A stretch of 28,989 nt of DNA from a virus, in IMG/VR virus record IMGVR_UViG_3300010355_000409; one strand, given 5' to 3'. The position numbers and the translations under genes are program-made. Of this stretch, positions 1 through 9,964 are shown one piece after another. The stretch's first letter is position 1, and every line of letters starts with the position of its first letter. The notes beneath the pieces were generated by a model. It saw only the letters and a program-made list of their open reading frames with translations. It had not been told where the DNA came from and did no database searches.

Positions 1-117
1 TAGCAACCTCACCAGATGGAAACATTTGGACATTCCAAACTACAACTGCTCCGGGTGGTAGCTGGTATTCTATAACTTACGGCAATGGACTTTTTGTGGC
101 TGTTGCTTTTACAACAT
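1..117. repeat. Terminal overlap, identical to 28873..28989 (circular closure or terminal redundancy of a ~28,872-bp genome)
   Basis: Base-by-base comparison of 1..117 with 28873..28989 shows no mismatch. The reading frame is preserved across the junction (GTG at 96 corresponds to GTG at 28968; the offset 28872 is divisible by 3). Confidence 0.9.
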
Positions 118-392
118 CAACAACTGCCGGAATAGCAACCTCACCAGATGGAAACATTTGGACATTCCAAACTACAACTGCTCCGGGCGGTGTATGGAGA
201 TCAGTCACTTATGGTAATGGTCTCTTTGTGGCTTTAGCACAAACAAACTCCACCACTGCTGGAATAGCAACCTCACCAGATGGAAACATTTGGACATTCC
301 AAACTACAACTGCTCCGGGTGGTAGCTGGAGATCAGTCGGATATGGTAATGGAAAGTTTATACTTACATTATCTTCAGCTTCTCAGTGGTAT
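1..392 (+). repeat. 132-bp (44-aa) tandem coding repeats: end of unit b, unit c (129-260), unit d (261-~392)
   Basis: GGAATAGCAACCTCACCAGATGGAAACATTTGGACATTCCAAACTACAACTGCTCCGGG recurs at 129 and 261 (and at 28737 and 28869). Unit c differs from unit a (28737-28868) at 2 of 132 positions. Confidence 0.9.
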
Positions 393-2804
393 TCCATGTA
401 TCTTTTGAAAGTCGCCTACACCGACAATGCAACTGTCATTGGCTCAAACAACATCAACTCGATCCAAGCCATTGGTGATACCTTGGCCATTGGAGGAGTT
501 GGTGGACGCCTTGGATCGTTTGATGCCTTGGCCCAAAAGACTCTTTACACTGCCGGAACCGGACTCTCTTCCAACGCAATGATCATTGGTGCCAACGACA
601 TCAATACTATGGTTGACTACAACAGCCAACTCATTGTCTCAGGAGCTACTTCTACAACCAACAGTATTACCGAAGCCGGTGTTTATACTCCATTCTATTC
701 TGAGGGTGGAGCCGTAACTGCCAATCTGCTCACTGGATTCAACTCACTTGGTTACCTCTATACCTACCGATACGAGAATGGTTTGTATCTTATTAACCTC
801 ACTGGCAACTCGGTTGGAAAGGCTTACACGCTCGACAATGCAACTAAGGCCATCAACACGCTCAACTGCCGGTTTGCCATTCCGCAGGTTTCAAACAACC
901 TCACCCGCCACATCATCACCACCACAGATCAGTCTGGCAGGAACATTTATGATGGATCAAGCATCAAGGCCACTGGACTTGTTGGTTACACAGACTTTGC
1001 CACCTACTCTGGAACGGTAGTTTATCCTCCTGCACCTTATGTTCTTGGCAATGGAAATGTGCTTCAGTCTCAGGCTGGATTTGGTTATACTGACTTTACA
1101 TTCCGTTTAACCTCCTCGGCAACCAACATTTACAACTATGTACCTCAGTTCCAGTCTTCAGTAACCGGACTCTATCAGGTTGTGCAAGGCAACACCAATA
1201 CGCTCATCAATGCCTACGGAAAGCTCACCAACAACCTCGGTGTGACTCCCAGTAAGCCCTTTGAGTTCCGTGTCGGTTGGACGAATGGTGTTCAGTCTTA
1301 CATCTCCACTGCCCTACTTGATGGTATTGCCTCAGACTCTCTTGGAACCATCATCACCAACGTCGGTGAGTTTGATGACACCTACACGCCAATGTGGAAA
1401 GACGATGACAAGATCGTCTACCTCTACAACAACAAGCTCATCATCACCAAGATCGGAACCAACATTGTTGACAGGGTTCAGAGGGTTGATACCAACATTT
1501 ACAAGCTCAACTCCATTTCTCCACTCAACATCATCGATCCGTCAGACAATACTCTCCGCTTGGGTTCCATCGACTACAACAACCGGATGCTCTTTTCTTC
1601 GACTGTGGCCCCGACTGTCTCAACCAAAATAGCGAGCTTTATCCAAGGCAAGTATTCAAACTCCATTGACACTGGCGACAAGCTCGTGACAATCCTGAAT
1701 CCAACTTCAACCAACATTGAGGTTATTGGATACCGCATTCCTGTCGTAGCCACAAGTGTGAACGAATACTCGGTTGATACCTACTTCAACGACATTTATT
1801 CCTACTCAACATTGAATGATGGCTCTGAGCTTATCGTTTCCTCAAGAGTAGATACCGTCTATGCTCCAACCACCATTTTGCCGGTATCTCTTGGAGTGGA
1901 ATACAAGTCTGGAACCGCTCAGGTAGCCGGTATTACCACCTTCTTGAAGCCGGAATATGACGGATACAGCATTGGAAACGATATTGTTGGCAACTACGAC
2001 AGCTTCCTTCTCTTCGGACAAACCTATCTCTTTGATGGAAACACCATATTCGCCGCTCAGATTGATGTGGCCAATGGTATCTTCTCCTCAAAGACACCGG
2101 TTACTTCCGCTGTTGGACTTGTTCACATTGCCACCACGCCAACTGAAGCCTACTTCCGAAGCAACTTTGACAACTCTATCTACACCTTTGAGGGAGGCCG
2201 AAACCTCAACAAGTTCAAGAGGATGAACCAAATGCCGTTCATCAACTCTGGACTCTTCTCCACGGTAGACAACTCTCTCGTGTTGGACACTGACACCTCG
2301 TTCATCTGGGTTCGAGACGGTGTGGTTACCGAGACTCCGAAGAAGGCAAGTCAGACTTCACTGAAATACTATGACACGGTGAATGGCATCATCATCGGAA
2401 ACGATCAGAAGAACTGGAAGTACACCTACTACAAGGAATCCAACTCGACTGTCGTGCCGTTGAGCCTTCAGACTCCCTACTTTGGATTCAACCTCAACGA
2501 AAAAAGTATTCTCGCAAACTGGGTGGTAACTATATACAACGAGAATAAGGATCAAGTAGAGATTACAGGAACGTCCTATGTCATCGACAGTGACGTTTCG
2601 AGAATACAGAATGTGAAATGGACGATAAATCCAAAAGATTACAATGACGGCGGATATGCACGAGTTCGTTTGCAACCGCAATACCAGCGATCACTGGGAA
2701 CGTCTCTCAAGCTGGACACCAACGACAAGATCATCGTTGTGTCTGTGCTTCCAGAGTTCCGCAGGGCTGAAACTGCGACGGTAGCCGCCGCTCGATCACG
2801 ATAA
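1..2804 (+). CDS. 3' portion of the giant tail fibre / receptor-binding protein (continues from 26373..28989 across the junction; combined ~1767 aa)
   Basis: The frame is open from nt 3 to the stop at 2802-2804. The track start at 96 (GTG) is internal, because the same frame runs off the window end at 28989. The N-terminal part contains SPDGNIWT Asp-box blades and the rest is beta-rich (N/T/S/Y/G). No SD precedes position 96. Confidence 0.85.
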   Translation, partial: ATSPDGNIWTFQTTTAPGGSWYSITYGNGLFVAVAFTTSTTAGIATSPDGNIWTFQTTTAPGGVWRSVTYGNGLFVALAQTNSTTAGIATSPDGNIWTFQTTTAPGGSWRSVGYGNGKFILTLSSASQWYSMYLLKVAYTDNATVIGSNNINSIQAIGDTLAIGGVGGRLGSFDALAQKTLYTAGTGLSSNAMIIGANDINTMVDYNSQLIVSGATSTTNSITEAGVYTPFYSEGGAVTANLLTGFNSLGYLYTYRYENGLYLINLTGNSVGKAYTLDNATKAINTLNCRFAIPQVSNNLTRHIITTTDQSGRNIYDGSSIKATGLVGYTDFATYSGTVVYPPAPYVLGNGNVLQSQAGFGYTDFTFRLTSSATNIYNYVPQFQSSVTGLYQVVQGNTNTLINAYGKLTNNLGVTPSKPFEFRVGWTNGVQSYISTALLDGIASDSLGTIITNVGEFDDTYTPMWKDDDKIVYLYNNKLIITKIGTNIVDRVQRVDTNIYKLNSISPLNIIDPSDNTLRLGSIDYNNRMLFSSTVAPTVSTKIASFIQGKYSNSIDTGDKLVTILNPTSTNIEVIGYRIPVVATSVNEYSVDTYFNDIYSYSTLNDGSELIVSSRVDTVYAPTTILPVSLGVEYKSGTAQVAGITTFLKPEYDGYSIGNDIVGNYDSFLLFGQTYLFDGNTIFAAQIDVANGIFSSKTPVTSAVGLVHIATTPTEAYFRSNFDNSIYTFEGGRNLNKFKRMNQMPFINSGLFSTVDNSLVLDTDTSFIWVRDGVVTETPKKASQTSLKYYDTVNGIIIGNDQKNWKYTYYKESNSTVVPLSLQTPYFGFNLNEKSILANWVVTIYNENKDQVEITGTSYVIDSDVSRIQNVKWTINPKDYNDGGYARVRLQPQYQRSLGTSLKLDTNDKIIVVSVLPEFRRAETATVAAARSR
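2528..2537 (+). promoter_or_regulatory. Intragenic copy of the AACTATATAC motif (possible internal promoter for the 2816 gene block)
   Basis: Exact 10-mer match to 24514-24523. Lies ~280 nt upstream of the next gene start. Confidence 0.2.
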
Positions 2805-2815
2805 GGAGAAATAAA

Positions 2816-3877
2816 ATGGGATTCTTTTCATCCATAGGTGAAGCACTCTTTGGAACTGAAACCAAGAAACAGGGCCGTGAACTCGCCGCATCTGCGGCCA
2901 AAGGCACAACTGCTGTAGGAACTCAAGCCAAAGCCATGGGAGCCGAAGCGGCCAAGATGGGTGCTGGTTATGATGTTGGAACACAGCAGTCTATGGGCAA
3001 GAATGCCGCCGACTATATGCAGAAAGCCAATGTTGCCGCTCAGGGACAGGCTGAACAGTCGGCCCGCACTGCCGCTACTCAGGGAACTCAGGCCGCTCTT
3101 CAGGCCGCTCGTTCGTCTGGACTTTCAAAGGGACAGGCGGCTTTGGCTTCTGGACAACAGGCTGGAAACATTTATACCGGAGCCTATCAGCAGGGCCTTG
3201 AATCTGGACGAAACCAGTATCAGGGTGCCACTCAGCAGTTTGCTGGACAAGGCGCACAGATGGCTGGCCGAGCACAGAACGCTCTCAATACCCAGCTTGG
3301 TGCCGCTACAGGACAGGCCAACATTGGACAGCAACAGATTGCCAATGCTAACCAGACTGCTTCGAATACTTGGGGAACCATTGGAACCATTGCCGGTGCC
3401 GCCGCTACCATGTCTGATGAACGAGCCAAGGATGATGTAGAGGAAGTCGGAGAAAAGAAGTCTTCGTTTGACATCAACTCTCTTAAATCCATGCTTGAAA
3501 AACCATCCTCAAATATCTCTGCTGGGGCCAAGATTGGAACTGCCTACAAGGCAAATAAAGAAGAAGTTCCGTCAGATGAAAATGCAAAGAAAGATATTTT
3601 TCAGTCTGCTCGTGAAACTCTTGACAACTTTGATGTCATGGACATAGCAAAGAAGGTTCGTCCTGTACGCTTCAAGTATAAGGAAGAAGTATACAACAGC
3701 CCCGGAGAAAAGGTTGGAGTCATTGCCCAAGACTTGGAAAAGACTCCCTTGGCGTCTGTAGTCCATGAAAACGATCAGGGACTCAAGATGATCGACACCT
3801 CAGAACTCTCACCGGCTATTCTCAATCTTGTCATCCAGCTTGCTCGCAAGGTTGACAAACTCGAAGGAGCAAAATAA
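2816..3877 (+). CDS. Virion protein with a Gln/Ala/Gly-rich N-terminal domain and a C-terminal Peptidase S74-type intramolecular chaperone domain
   Basis: TAAGGAGAAATAAAATG ribosome-binding context. The C-terminal ~100 aa fit the S74 pattern (SDENAKKDI..VRPVRFKYK..GVIAQDLEK..IDTSEL..LARKVDKLE). The N-terminal ~200 aa are Q/A/G low complexity. Confidence 0.8.
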   Translation: MGFFSSIGEALFGTETKKQGRELAASAAKGTTAVGTQAKAMGAEAAKMGAGYDVGTQQSMGKNAADYMQKANVAAQGQAEQSARTAATQGTQAALQAARSSGLSKGQAALASGQQAGNIYTGAYQQGLESGRNQYQGATQQFAGQGAQMAGRAQNALNTQLGAATGQANIGQQQIANANQTASNTWGTIGTIAGAAATMSDERAKDDVEEVGEKKSSFDINSLKSMLEKPSSNISAGAKIGTAYKANKEEVPSDENAKKDIFQSARETLDNFDVMDIAKKVRPVRFKYKEEVYNSPGEKVGVIAQDLEKTPLASVVHENDQGLKMIDTSELSPAILNLVIQLARKVDKLEGAK

Positions 3878-5118
3878 TGGCAGACGCAACCGTAACCGCT
3901 CGTATCGCCAAGATAAAAAAGCTTTTTGCCAATCCAAGGCGAACGACAGAACAGACTAAAGAACTTGAAAGATTACTCACCGAGCAGACTGCTTGGGAAA
4001 AGGCTCATCCAGCCGAAGCCATGTCTTTGTCTACTTCCTATGATATTCCAAAGCCAGCCACTCCTACTGCAACTCCTGCTCCTACCAAACCAGCCGGAAG
4101 AACTCGTGAAGAGGAACTGGCCGCAACTGATGCGGGACAAGCCGCTCGTGCCGCCGCCATTGCAGAAGGAAAATCTCCTGCTGTAGCTGATGCTATTGCT
4201 CTTCAAGCCTATACCACTTGGAAACCCACGGCACCAGCCCCAGCTTCACCAGAAGGAGAAGATTCTTTCTCTCGCCACTATGAAGCTCAGGGTGAAGCAC
4301 TTGAATCTGACTATCGTAGTTTTGCCCTTCACCTCCGAGATTTGGCCGACAAGGGAGAACTTGTTGGAGCCGATGGCAAGCCACTTCCAATGTACTCTCG
4401 TGAGCAGATTGCCGAAATGGATATTCCGGCTCTCAAGAAACTCGTTGCGGCCAACCCCGGACGAGCAAATACATTTTTTGAACGTCCTCCTGCTGAAGTA
4501 GCTGAGTCTCTGGCTGGAACTGGTAGAACTGGTATTGGCAGGGAATCTGGAATGGTTGAACTTCCTCCTGCTCCGACTGGTGCTCCTGCCCCAGCTAAAC
4601 CAGCCCCGGCCCCGGCTCCTGCTGTAGAGCCTCCCAAGCCAGCAGAACCAGCAAAAGATGAAATACCTTATGAGGCCACTATGGCTTCAGCCGCACCTGC
4701 TGAACCAAAGGCAGAAGCTCCAAAGAAAAAGAAGTTTGGAGAAATGGCTGGCGATCTATACAAGAAATATGGCGTTCCAGTTCTCGATATTCTACAGGCT
4801 GTGGGATACCAGAGGGGCGGAATAACCAAGCCAACCAACATTGAAAACAAATATCAGGAAAGACTTGCTCAGGATGAGCGAAATTATCAAAAGAAACTTG
4901 AAGAAGACAGGGCTTCTCGTGAAGAGGCTACCTATCAGAAGAGGATTGCAGATCAGAGGACTTGGGAATCCCAACAGGCTGAACTTGCGAGGATTGCAGA
5001 AAAAGAAGCTCGTGGAGAGGAACTTTCTTCAAGAGAGAAGATTGCCCGCATGCAGATTGAGGCCACCCGTGCCGCCGCTCGTGCTTCAGGCGCTCCTGCC
5101 TCCATCATCCCAGATTAA
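3877..5118 (+). CDS. Pro/Ala-rich virion-associated protein, function unknown
   Basis: TAATG stop-start overlap with the upstream gene. PAPAKPAPAPAPAVEPPKPAEPAK tract. Charged helical C-terminus. Confidence 0.7.
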   Translation: MADATVTARIAKIKKLFANPRRTTEQTKELERLLTEQTAWEKAHPAEAMSLSTSYDIPKPATPTATPAPTKPAGRTREEELAATDAGQAARAAAIAEGKSPAVADAIALQAYTTWKPTAPAPASPEGEDSFSRHYEAQGEALESDYRSFALHLRDLADKGELVGADGKPLPMYSREQIAEMDIPALKKLVAANPGRANTFFERPPAEVAESLAGTGRTGIGRESGMVELPPAPTGAPAPAKPAPAPAPAVEPPKPAEPAKDEIPYEATMASAAPAEPKAEAPKKKKFGEMAGDLYKKYGVPVLDILQAVGYQRGGITKPTNIENKYQERLAQDERNYQKKLEEDRASREEATYQKRIADQRTWESQQAELARIAEKEARGEELSSREKIARMQIEATRAAARASGAPASIIPD

Positions 5119-5130
5119 AAGGATAATAAT

Positions 5131-7227
5131 ATGACCACAGAAGAAGCCCTACAGTATGTCAGATCAGGCACAGCAACTCCACCAGCTTTGAATACCGAAG
5201 ATGATAAAAAGTTCAACTGGGAAGATATTGCCGCTGGTGGATACTCTGCTATCAACTCTGCGTTGTTTGGTATCCCAGACGTTCTCGTCAAGGTAGCAAG
5301 CTCTGATGCCTACAAAAACCTTCAGGCTCTCAGAGAAAGAAACAAAGCCGCCTCATTGGTTGGAGACATTGCTGGTGCGTTTGCTCCTACTGGTGGACTT
5401 CTTGCCAAAGGTATCGGAACTGGTGCCAAGCTCGTTGGACGAGGACTCCAAGCCGCAAAGCTCGCCAAGGGTGCCGCCACTGCCGCCAAAGTTGCCAAGG
5501 TTGCTGATACCGCTGGCGACATTATCAAGGGAACCAAGGCTGTTAAGGGACTTGGTGGTGCCGTAGGCCGAGGAGCCTTGGCAACTGCTGAAGCTACTCT
5601 CCCGAGGCTTGTAACCGGTGAGATTGATCTTGGAGAGGCCGCACAGGGTGCCGCACTCGGTGGAGCAGTCGGAGCCGCTGGATACGGGCTCGGAAAGGCC
5701 ATTGGACGCATTCCAGAGCTTTTCGCAGAGGCTCAAAACTGGGCAAACAAGACTATCCTCAAGCGAGCCGACATTACCAACAAGGTTATGCGGGCGCAAG
5801 AGCAGTTTGCCGGTGGAGATGTCAAGAAATATGTAAAAGAACTCGCCGATCTGGCTGATGAGTTTGAACTTCACAGGGAACCAAAGCTCGATGAGCTTGT
5901 TGACAATGTGAAGAAAACTTGGCGAGATATGGCAGAAAAGTTTGACGCTTCTGGATTTACCACCGACGCTCAAAAGGTTATCGACACTGAAGATGTGGCT
6001 CAGGCTATCAAACGCAATGTTGGAACCATGGACGCGGTAAACGATATTGTAACCAAGACTGAGGCAACTGAAGGTTTTGGCAACAAGAGAAAATATCTTC
6101 AGGAGATCATCTTCGGAGATAAGACTGGTGAAGATGAAAAGAAGATTGCTCGTGCCATCCTTGGACAGATTGAGGAAGAGGCAGAAAAGCTCTCTGGACT
6201 CGATGTAGGAAAGGCTAAGGAACAGTGGAGAATGATGAAGCCGTTTGAGATGGCCGACAAGCTCGAAGATATGCGAATCTCTGGTGCTGGAACCGTCCGT
6301 GGTTCCGATACTGCCTTCAAGTTGGCACTCGGTGGAGTCGGAGCGGCAGTCGGTGGTGGCTCTCAAGTGAAGGGTGTCATCGACGATCCTTCAAACCCAG
6401 ATGCTTGGTCCAAGCTCATTACCGCCTCACTTGGTGGCTCTCTGGCCGGTGCGGCAAACAAGCAGATTGGCATTACGCTCGCCAAAGCTATTCGAAAACT
6501 CCCTGCCGACAAGATTGCTGAGTTTGCAGAAAAGATTGCCAATGGTAAGGTGGCTGAAGTATTGGCCAAACTGCCAAAGACTGAAGCTCTCACGAGCGTA
6601 GCTGGAAAGCTCATTTCAGAGCGTTTGGCTGACGAACCTATCGCCACTCCTGTTGGAGAAGAACCAGTTTCGGCAGATTCACCGGAAGGACAGGCTCTAC
6701 AGGAAAAAGAGCAACAGTTTGGTGAAGAATATATCACCAGACTTGGACAGAAGATGGTTGAATACTGGGCTCTCAACTTTGCTGATACCATGACATATGA
6801 GGAATACGTCAAGAAGGTTGGCGAGATGACGGGCAACTTTGATCCTCGCAAGACTGCCAGCTTCTTCTATCGAGATAAGAAAGAAAGATCAAACTTCCTC
6901 CGCGATCTTGATGTGGCTGAAACCCTCAAGGGAAAAGATATTTCCTCAACATTCGCCAAGCCCGGACTCTTCTCGTCCATTCTTGAGCCAGCACAGTCGG
7001 CACAGCAAAAGATGGATCAGGCTACTGTCATCGATACTATTGCCAAACTCGTCACTGATGAAGGTAATCTTCCATCCAAGGCCACCAAGGAAACCATTCA
7101 GGCTGACATCTCTGCCATCTTGGACTTGGAAGCCACACCAGAAGAGAAGCAACAGCTTCTTTTCCAAAAGCTCGAAGAGAAGTACGGCATGAACTATACC
7201 TCGCTCAAAGAGCTTGGACTGGCATAA
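5131..7227 (+). CDS. Large Gly/Ala/Lys-rich virion protein (possible internal/ejection protein), function unknown
   Basis: 698-aa ORF in the structural block. AAGGA lies upstream of the ATG. The composition resembles podovirus internal proteins, but I recognised no diagnostic motif. Confidence 0.75.
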   Translation: MTTEEALQYVRSGTATPPALNTEDDKKFNWEDIAAGGYSAINSALFGIPDVLVKVASSDAYKNLQALRERNKAASLVGDIAGAFAPTGGLLAKGIGTGAKLVGRGLQAAKLAKGAATAAKVAKVADTAGDIIKGTKAVKGLGGAVGRGALATAEATLPRLVTGEIDLGEAAQGAALGGAVGAAGYGLGKAIGRIPELFAEAQNWANKTILKRADITNKVMRAQEQFAGGDVKKYVKELADLADEFELHREPKLDELVDNVKKTWRDMAEKFDASGFTTDAQKVIDTEDVAQAIKRNVGTMDAVNDIVTKTEATEGFGNKRKYLQEIIFGDKTGEDEKKIARAILGQIEEEAEKLSGLDVGKAKEQWRMMKPFEMADKLEDMRISGAGTVRGSDTAFKLALGGVGAAVGGGSQVKGVIDDPSNPDAWSKLITASLGGSLAGAANKQIGITLAKAIRKLPADKIAEFAEKIANGKVAEVLAKLPKTEALTSVAGKLISERLADEPIATPVGEEPVSADSPEGQALQEKEQQFGEEYITRLGQKMVEYWALNFADTMTYEEYVKKVGEMTGNFDPRKTASFFYRDKKERSNFLRDLDVAETLKGKDISSTFAKPGLFSSILEPAQSAQQKMDQATVIDTIAKLVTDEGNLPSKATKETIQADISAILDLEATPEEKQQLLFQKLEEKYGMNYTSLKELGLA

Positions 7228-7237
7228 GGAGAAATAA

Positions 7238-7519
7238 ATGACTGGAATAATGAACAAGTTTGTCGATATGGCAAAGTCTGAATATAAACCAAAAGATCAC
7301 ACCTCACAAGAAGTCATGGCAAAGGCTGAAGTAAAAGAAAAGAAACATTTTGTCAGGACGCTGGGCGATGTGCGAGTGGCCGCAGAGGCCCAACGCATCT
7401 TCAACCCGGCTCTTCCTCCCACTGTTCCCAAAGGCCCAACAGCGGCTCAGATGGAGTCTGGAACCACGACTGCAATGGATACTACTGGCAACTGGGGAAC
7501 TCCTGAAAGGATAGAATAA
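7238..7519 (+). CDS. Hypothetical small structural-module protein
   Basis: TAAGGAGAAATAAATG context. ATAATG overlap with the next gene. Confidence 0.65.
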   Translation: MTGIMNKFVDMAKSEYKPKDHTSQEVMAKAEVKEKKHFVRTLGDVRVAAEAQRIFNPALPPTVPKGPTAAQMESGTTTAMDTTGNWGTPERIE

Positions 7520-8538
7520 TGGCCGTAAAATACGACTCAACCTTGCTTGCAACTATAAACGATCCTCTTGAAATCCAGAAGGCCGATCTCGATCTATTAA
7601 AAAAGATTAACGAACAGGCTGGACTTTTGGAGACACAGACGATCAAGCTGTCTACAGGCTTCAATACAGAGTCGGAAGAAATAAAAAATATCGATGATCT
7701 TTCAGATTCAAGGTTTTTTACTTTCAACAGCGAGGCTATAGGCGCACCGATAACTGGATCACAATACACCAATGCCCGTGGAATATCTTTTACTTCTGGT
7801 GATAATAGAACCCAGATAGCCAACATTACAAAATCTGGCGGAATCCTTTGGAGAACAAGAGAGAATGAAGTGTGGAGCAGGTGGAGAACCCTCATAGACA
7901 ACATCAATGTGTCTTCTATTTACAGAAACGACTTTTTGCTTACAGCCAGTGGAAACGTGACGGATGGTTTTATCACTACAGTTGTTGCTTCTGGGACTGT
8001 TGCTCAAGGAGCGGTTGCCGATGATCACCCCGGAAGCGTCAGAATAACCAGTTCAACTACTACAAATAGCGGAGCCTATGTTGCTACACAAGCCAATGCC
8101 TTGACGATAAAAAATGTAAAGCAGTATTCGGCCATTTATAGTCCGCTGTCATTCGTGGCAACGGTTACAACGAGACTGGGTATTCATAATACTTTGACAG
8201 CAACCGCACCGACACTCGGTGTTTATTGGGAGGCGGTTGGAGCCAGTTGTACGGCAAAAGTAGTTGGAACTTATGGAACCTATACATCAAATACGGTAAC
8301 TCTATCTACAGGAGTATGGTATCAGTTTTCCATCAAAATACTTGGTAGCACGGCTTACTTTGATCTTTATCTTGACGATGGAACCTTGGTTGCGTCGTTT
8401 AGCACTGGGATAACTCTCAACAGCACGGCAAATAATGCTTGCTTTATATCAACAAAGGCCGGAACTGCGAAAACAGCACTCGTAGACTTGGACTTGGTTA
8501 AGTTGAATATGTTGGGTGAAAACCCTCGATATGTGTGA
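7519..8538 (+). CDS. Second tail-fibre-like protein (knob-like N-terminal part, ConA/LamG-like beta-sandwich C-terminal part)
   Basis: GAPITGSQYTNARGISFTSGDNRTQ..WRTRENEVWSRW resembles fibre knob domains. C-terminal VWYQFSIKILGSTAYFDLYLDDGTLV resembles lectin-fold strands. Pattern-level evidence only. Confidence 0.65.
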   Translation: MAVKYDSTLLATINDPLEIQKADLDLLKKINEQAGLLETQTIKLSTGFNTESEEIKNIDDLSDSRFFTFNSEAIGAPITGSQYTNARGISFTSGDNRTQIANITKSGGILWRTRENEVWSRWRTLIDNINVSSIYRNDFLLTASGNVTDGFITTVVASGTVAQGAVADDHPGSVRITSSTTTNSGAYVATQANALTIKNVKQYSAIYSPLSFVATVTTRLGIHNTLTATAPTLGVYWEAVGASCTAKVVGTYGTYTSNTVTLSTGVWYQFSIKILGSTAYFDLYLDDGTLVASFSTGITLNSTANNACFISTKAGTAKTALVDLDLVKLNMLGENPRYV

Positions 8539-8548
8539 GGATAAAAAC

Positions 8549-8698
8549 ATGGACTACGATGTAAACAGACAAGGAGAACGACGACACATGACACCAGATA
8601 ACCTTACTCCCATCGTCGCTTTATTCGATGAAAAACTCAGTGAGTTAAAAAAGGAACTCAAGGAAGATCAGGATGAATGCCTTGGGTGGAGCAACTAA
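8549..8698 (+). CDS. Hypothetical 49-aa protein
   Basis: GAGGA lies 7 nt upstream of ATG 8549. The track start at 8516 has no RBS. Confidence 0.45.
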   Translation: MDYDVNRQGERRHMTPDNLTPIVALFDEKLSELKKELKEDQDECLGWSN

Positions 8699-8741
8699 AA
8701 CAACTCTTAGGGTTTGGCTGTCGCACATTTTGGGATAAACC

Positions 8742-8909
8742 ATGAATAAAAAAGAGTTTAGGGATAGTGCCATAGAATATATCAAACAAATCTATGAACA
8801 CAACAAGTATCAGGACATAGAGATGTGGGAGCATCTTCTGGCCACCATTATGGATTACATAGACGAGAACATACAATACTATCATGGAGATGATAATGAA
8901 ACAAAATGA
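8742..8909 (+). CDS. Hypothetical 55-aa ORF (below the track cutoff)
   Basis: Open frame MNKKEFRDSAIEYIKQIYEHNKYQD... that fills an otherwise empty gap. No clear SD. Confidence 0.25.
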   Translation: MNKKEFRDSAIEYIKQIYEHNKYQDIEMWEHLLATIMDYIDENIQYYHGDDNETK

Positions 8910-9354
8910 CGGAGAGTTATTGCCAGTAATACGATCAGTTGGTTGTTATTTTCTTTCACTTGGGCGGATTATAGAGCTTGAGGCGGGAATAGAGTTTACT
9001 GCCGAGCAATACAATGCCGTCTGGAAAAGATCAGAAGAAAAAAAATATATTGTGTCTAAGGACATAAAAAAGCCTGATCACATCATGAAAGAGTTTGCCT
9101 ATGAGGCCAAGAAGATGGCTATATCAATCTGTCAGGTTGGACAGGAACTTGATGAAAAAACAACCTTTTGGGGTTGGGTGACGCCTGTTTACAAAAACTA
9201 TAAGTATGTCGTTGAAATGAGAAAAACGAATGGAGTTGTCGGAACGCACTTTGTGCTTTGTGACAAAGACAAGAACCTAATCTATGACTCTTACGACTTT
9301 CATGACTATGAGTGGAAGCCGTCTGGAAGATATATTTTTTACACAAAAATCTAA
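8884..9354 (+). CDS. Papain-fold (C39-like) cysteine peptidase, candidate endolysin
   Basis: Cys in SVGCYFLSLG and His/Asp in GTHFVLCDKDKNLIYDSYD match a Cys-His-Asp peptidase layout. Sits upstream of the holin- and spanin-like ORFs. The start may be 8884, 8890 or 8896. Confidence 0.55.
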   Translation: MEMIMKQNDGELLPVIRSVGCYFLSLGRIIELEAGIEFTAEQYNAVWKRSEEKKYIVSKDIKKPDHIMKEFAYEAKKMAISICQVGQELDEKTTFWGWVTPVYKNYKYVVEMRKTNGVVGTHFVLCDKDKNLIYDSYDFHDYEWKPSGRYIFYTKI

Positions 9355-9366
9355 GGAGGATTTACC

Positions 9367-9963
9367 ATGGCAGATTATACAAGGATAGCTGGGCTGGCAG
9401 TTGGTGAGGCTTTTGACGGAGCACAAGCGACGGCAGAAGCTCTTGTTGTGGCCTACCCAGATGTTATTTCCATCTATCAAAACGAGAGCGAATACCCCTA
9501 CCCAGAAGGACAGGTTGCGGTTGATCCAGCAGAAACCGGAGTAACCACCGCCATTTCCACCAGCAAGGCTTCTGATGATGATCCGCTCATTATCGAGATT
9601 GAAGTAACCGCTGAAGCGACTGCTTCAGGTGATCTCACTATTGAGTTTCTTGAGGAAGAGCCCATTGTCGTGGCCGTGCTTGATACCGACGACACGCCAG
9701 CCAAGGTGGCCACTAAGATAGCCGCCGCTACATTCCCCGGATACACCGCTACGGTAGACACCGCCACAGTAACTCTTACCCAAGACTCTGATCCACAGGG
9801 TGACGCAATCCTTTTGGTTATCGATCACATGGGACAGACTCTCAATGCCTACAAGGACAACTACATTGTCTGGGAAACCATTATTAAGAACTTTGTTGAA
9901 ACAGAGACGATCACCGTCTGGGGAAAGACTGACTTTGAAAAGTGGTTTGTTGCGGTAGTCTAA
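9367..9963 (+). CDS. Acidic hypothetical protein
   Basis: AAGGAGG lies 6 nt upstream of the ATG. 198 aa. No domain recognised. Confidence 0.7.
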   Translation: MADYTRIAGLAVGEAFDGAQATAEALVVAYPDVISIYQNESEYPYPEGQVAVDPAETGVTTAISTSKASDDDPLIIEIEVTAEATASGDLTIEFLEEEPIVVAVLDTDDTPAKVATKIAAATFPGYTATVDTATVTLTQDSDPQGDAILLVIDHMGQTLNAYKDNYIVWETIIKNFVETETITVWGKTDFEKWFVAVV

Positions 9964-9964
9964 T

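Noticed and set aside
2961-3440. Multiple 60-160-aa + strand ORFs in alternative frames of long genes (for example 2961..3440, 1261..1632, 4190..4501, 24821..25222, 28174..28524)
   Set aside because: All are nested in better-supported longer ORFs, lack an RBS, and translate to Pro/Leu/Ser/Arg-rich sequences typical of out-of-frame reading.
5353-6366. 337-aa minus-strand ORF (and similarly 25456..26241, 261 aa)
   Set aside because: Both are antisense shadows of the long + strand genes 5131..7227 and 24553..26360. They have no RBS and a low-complexity junk translation.
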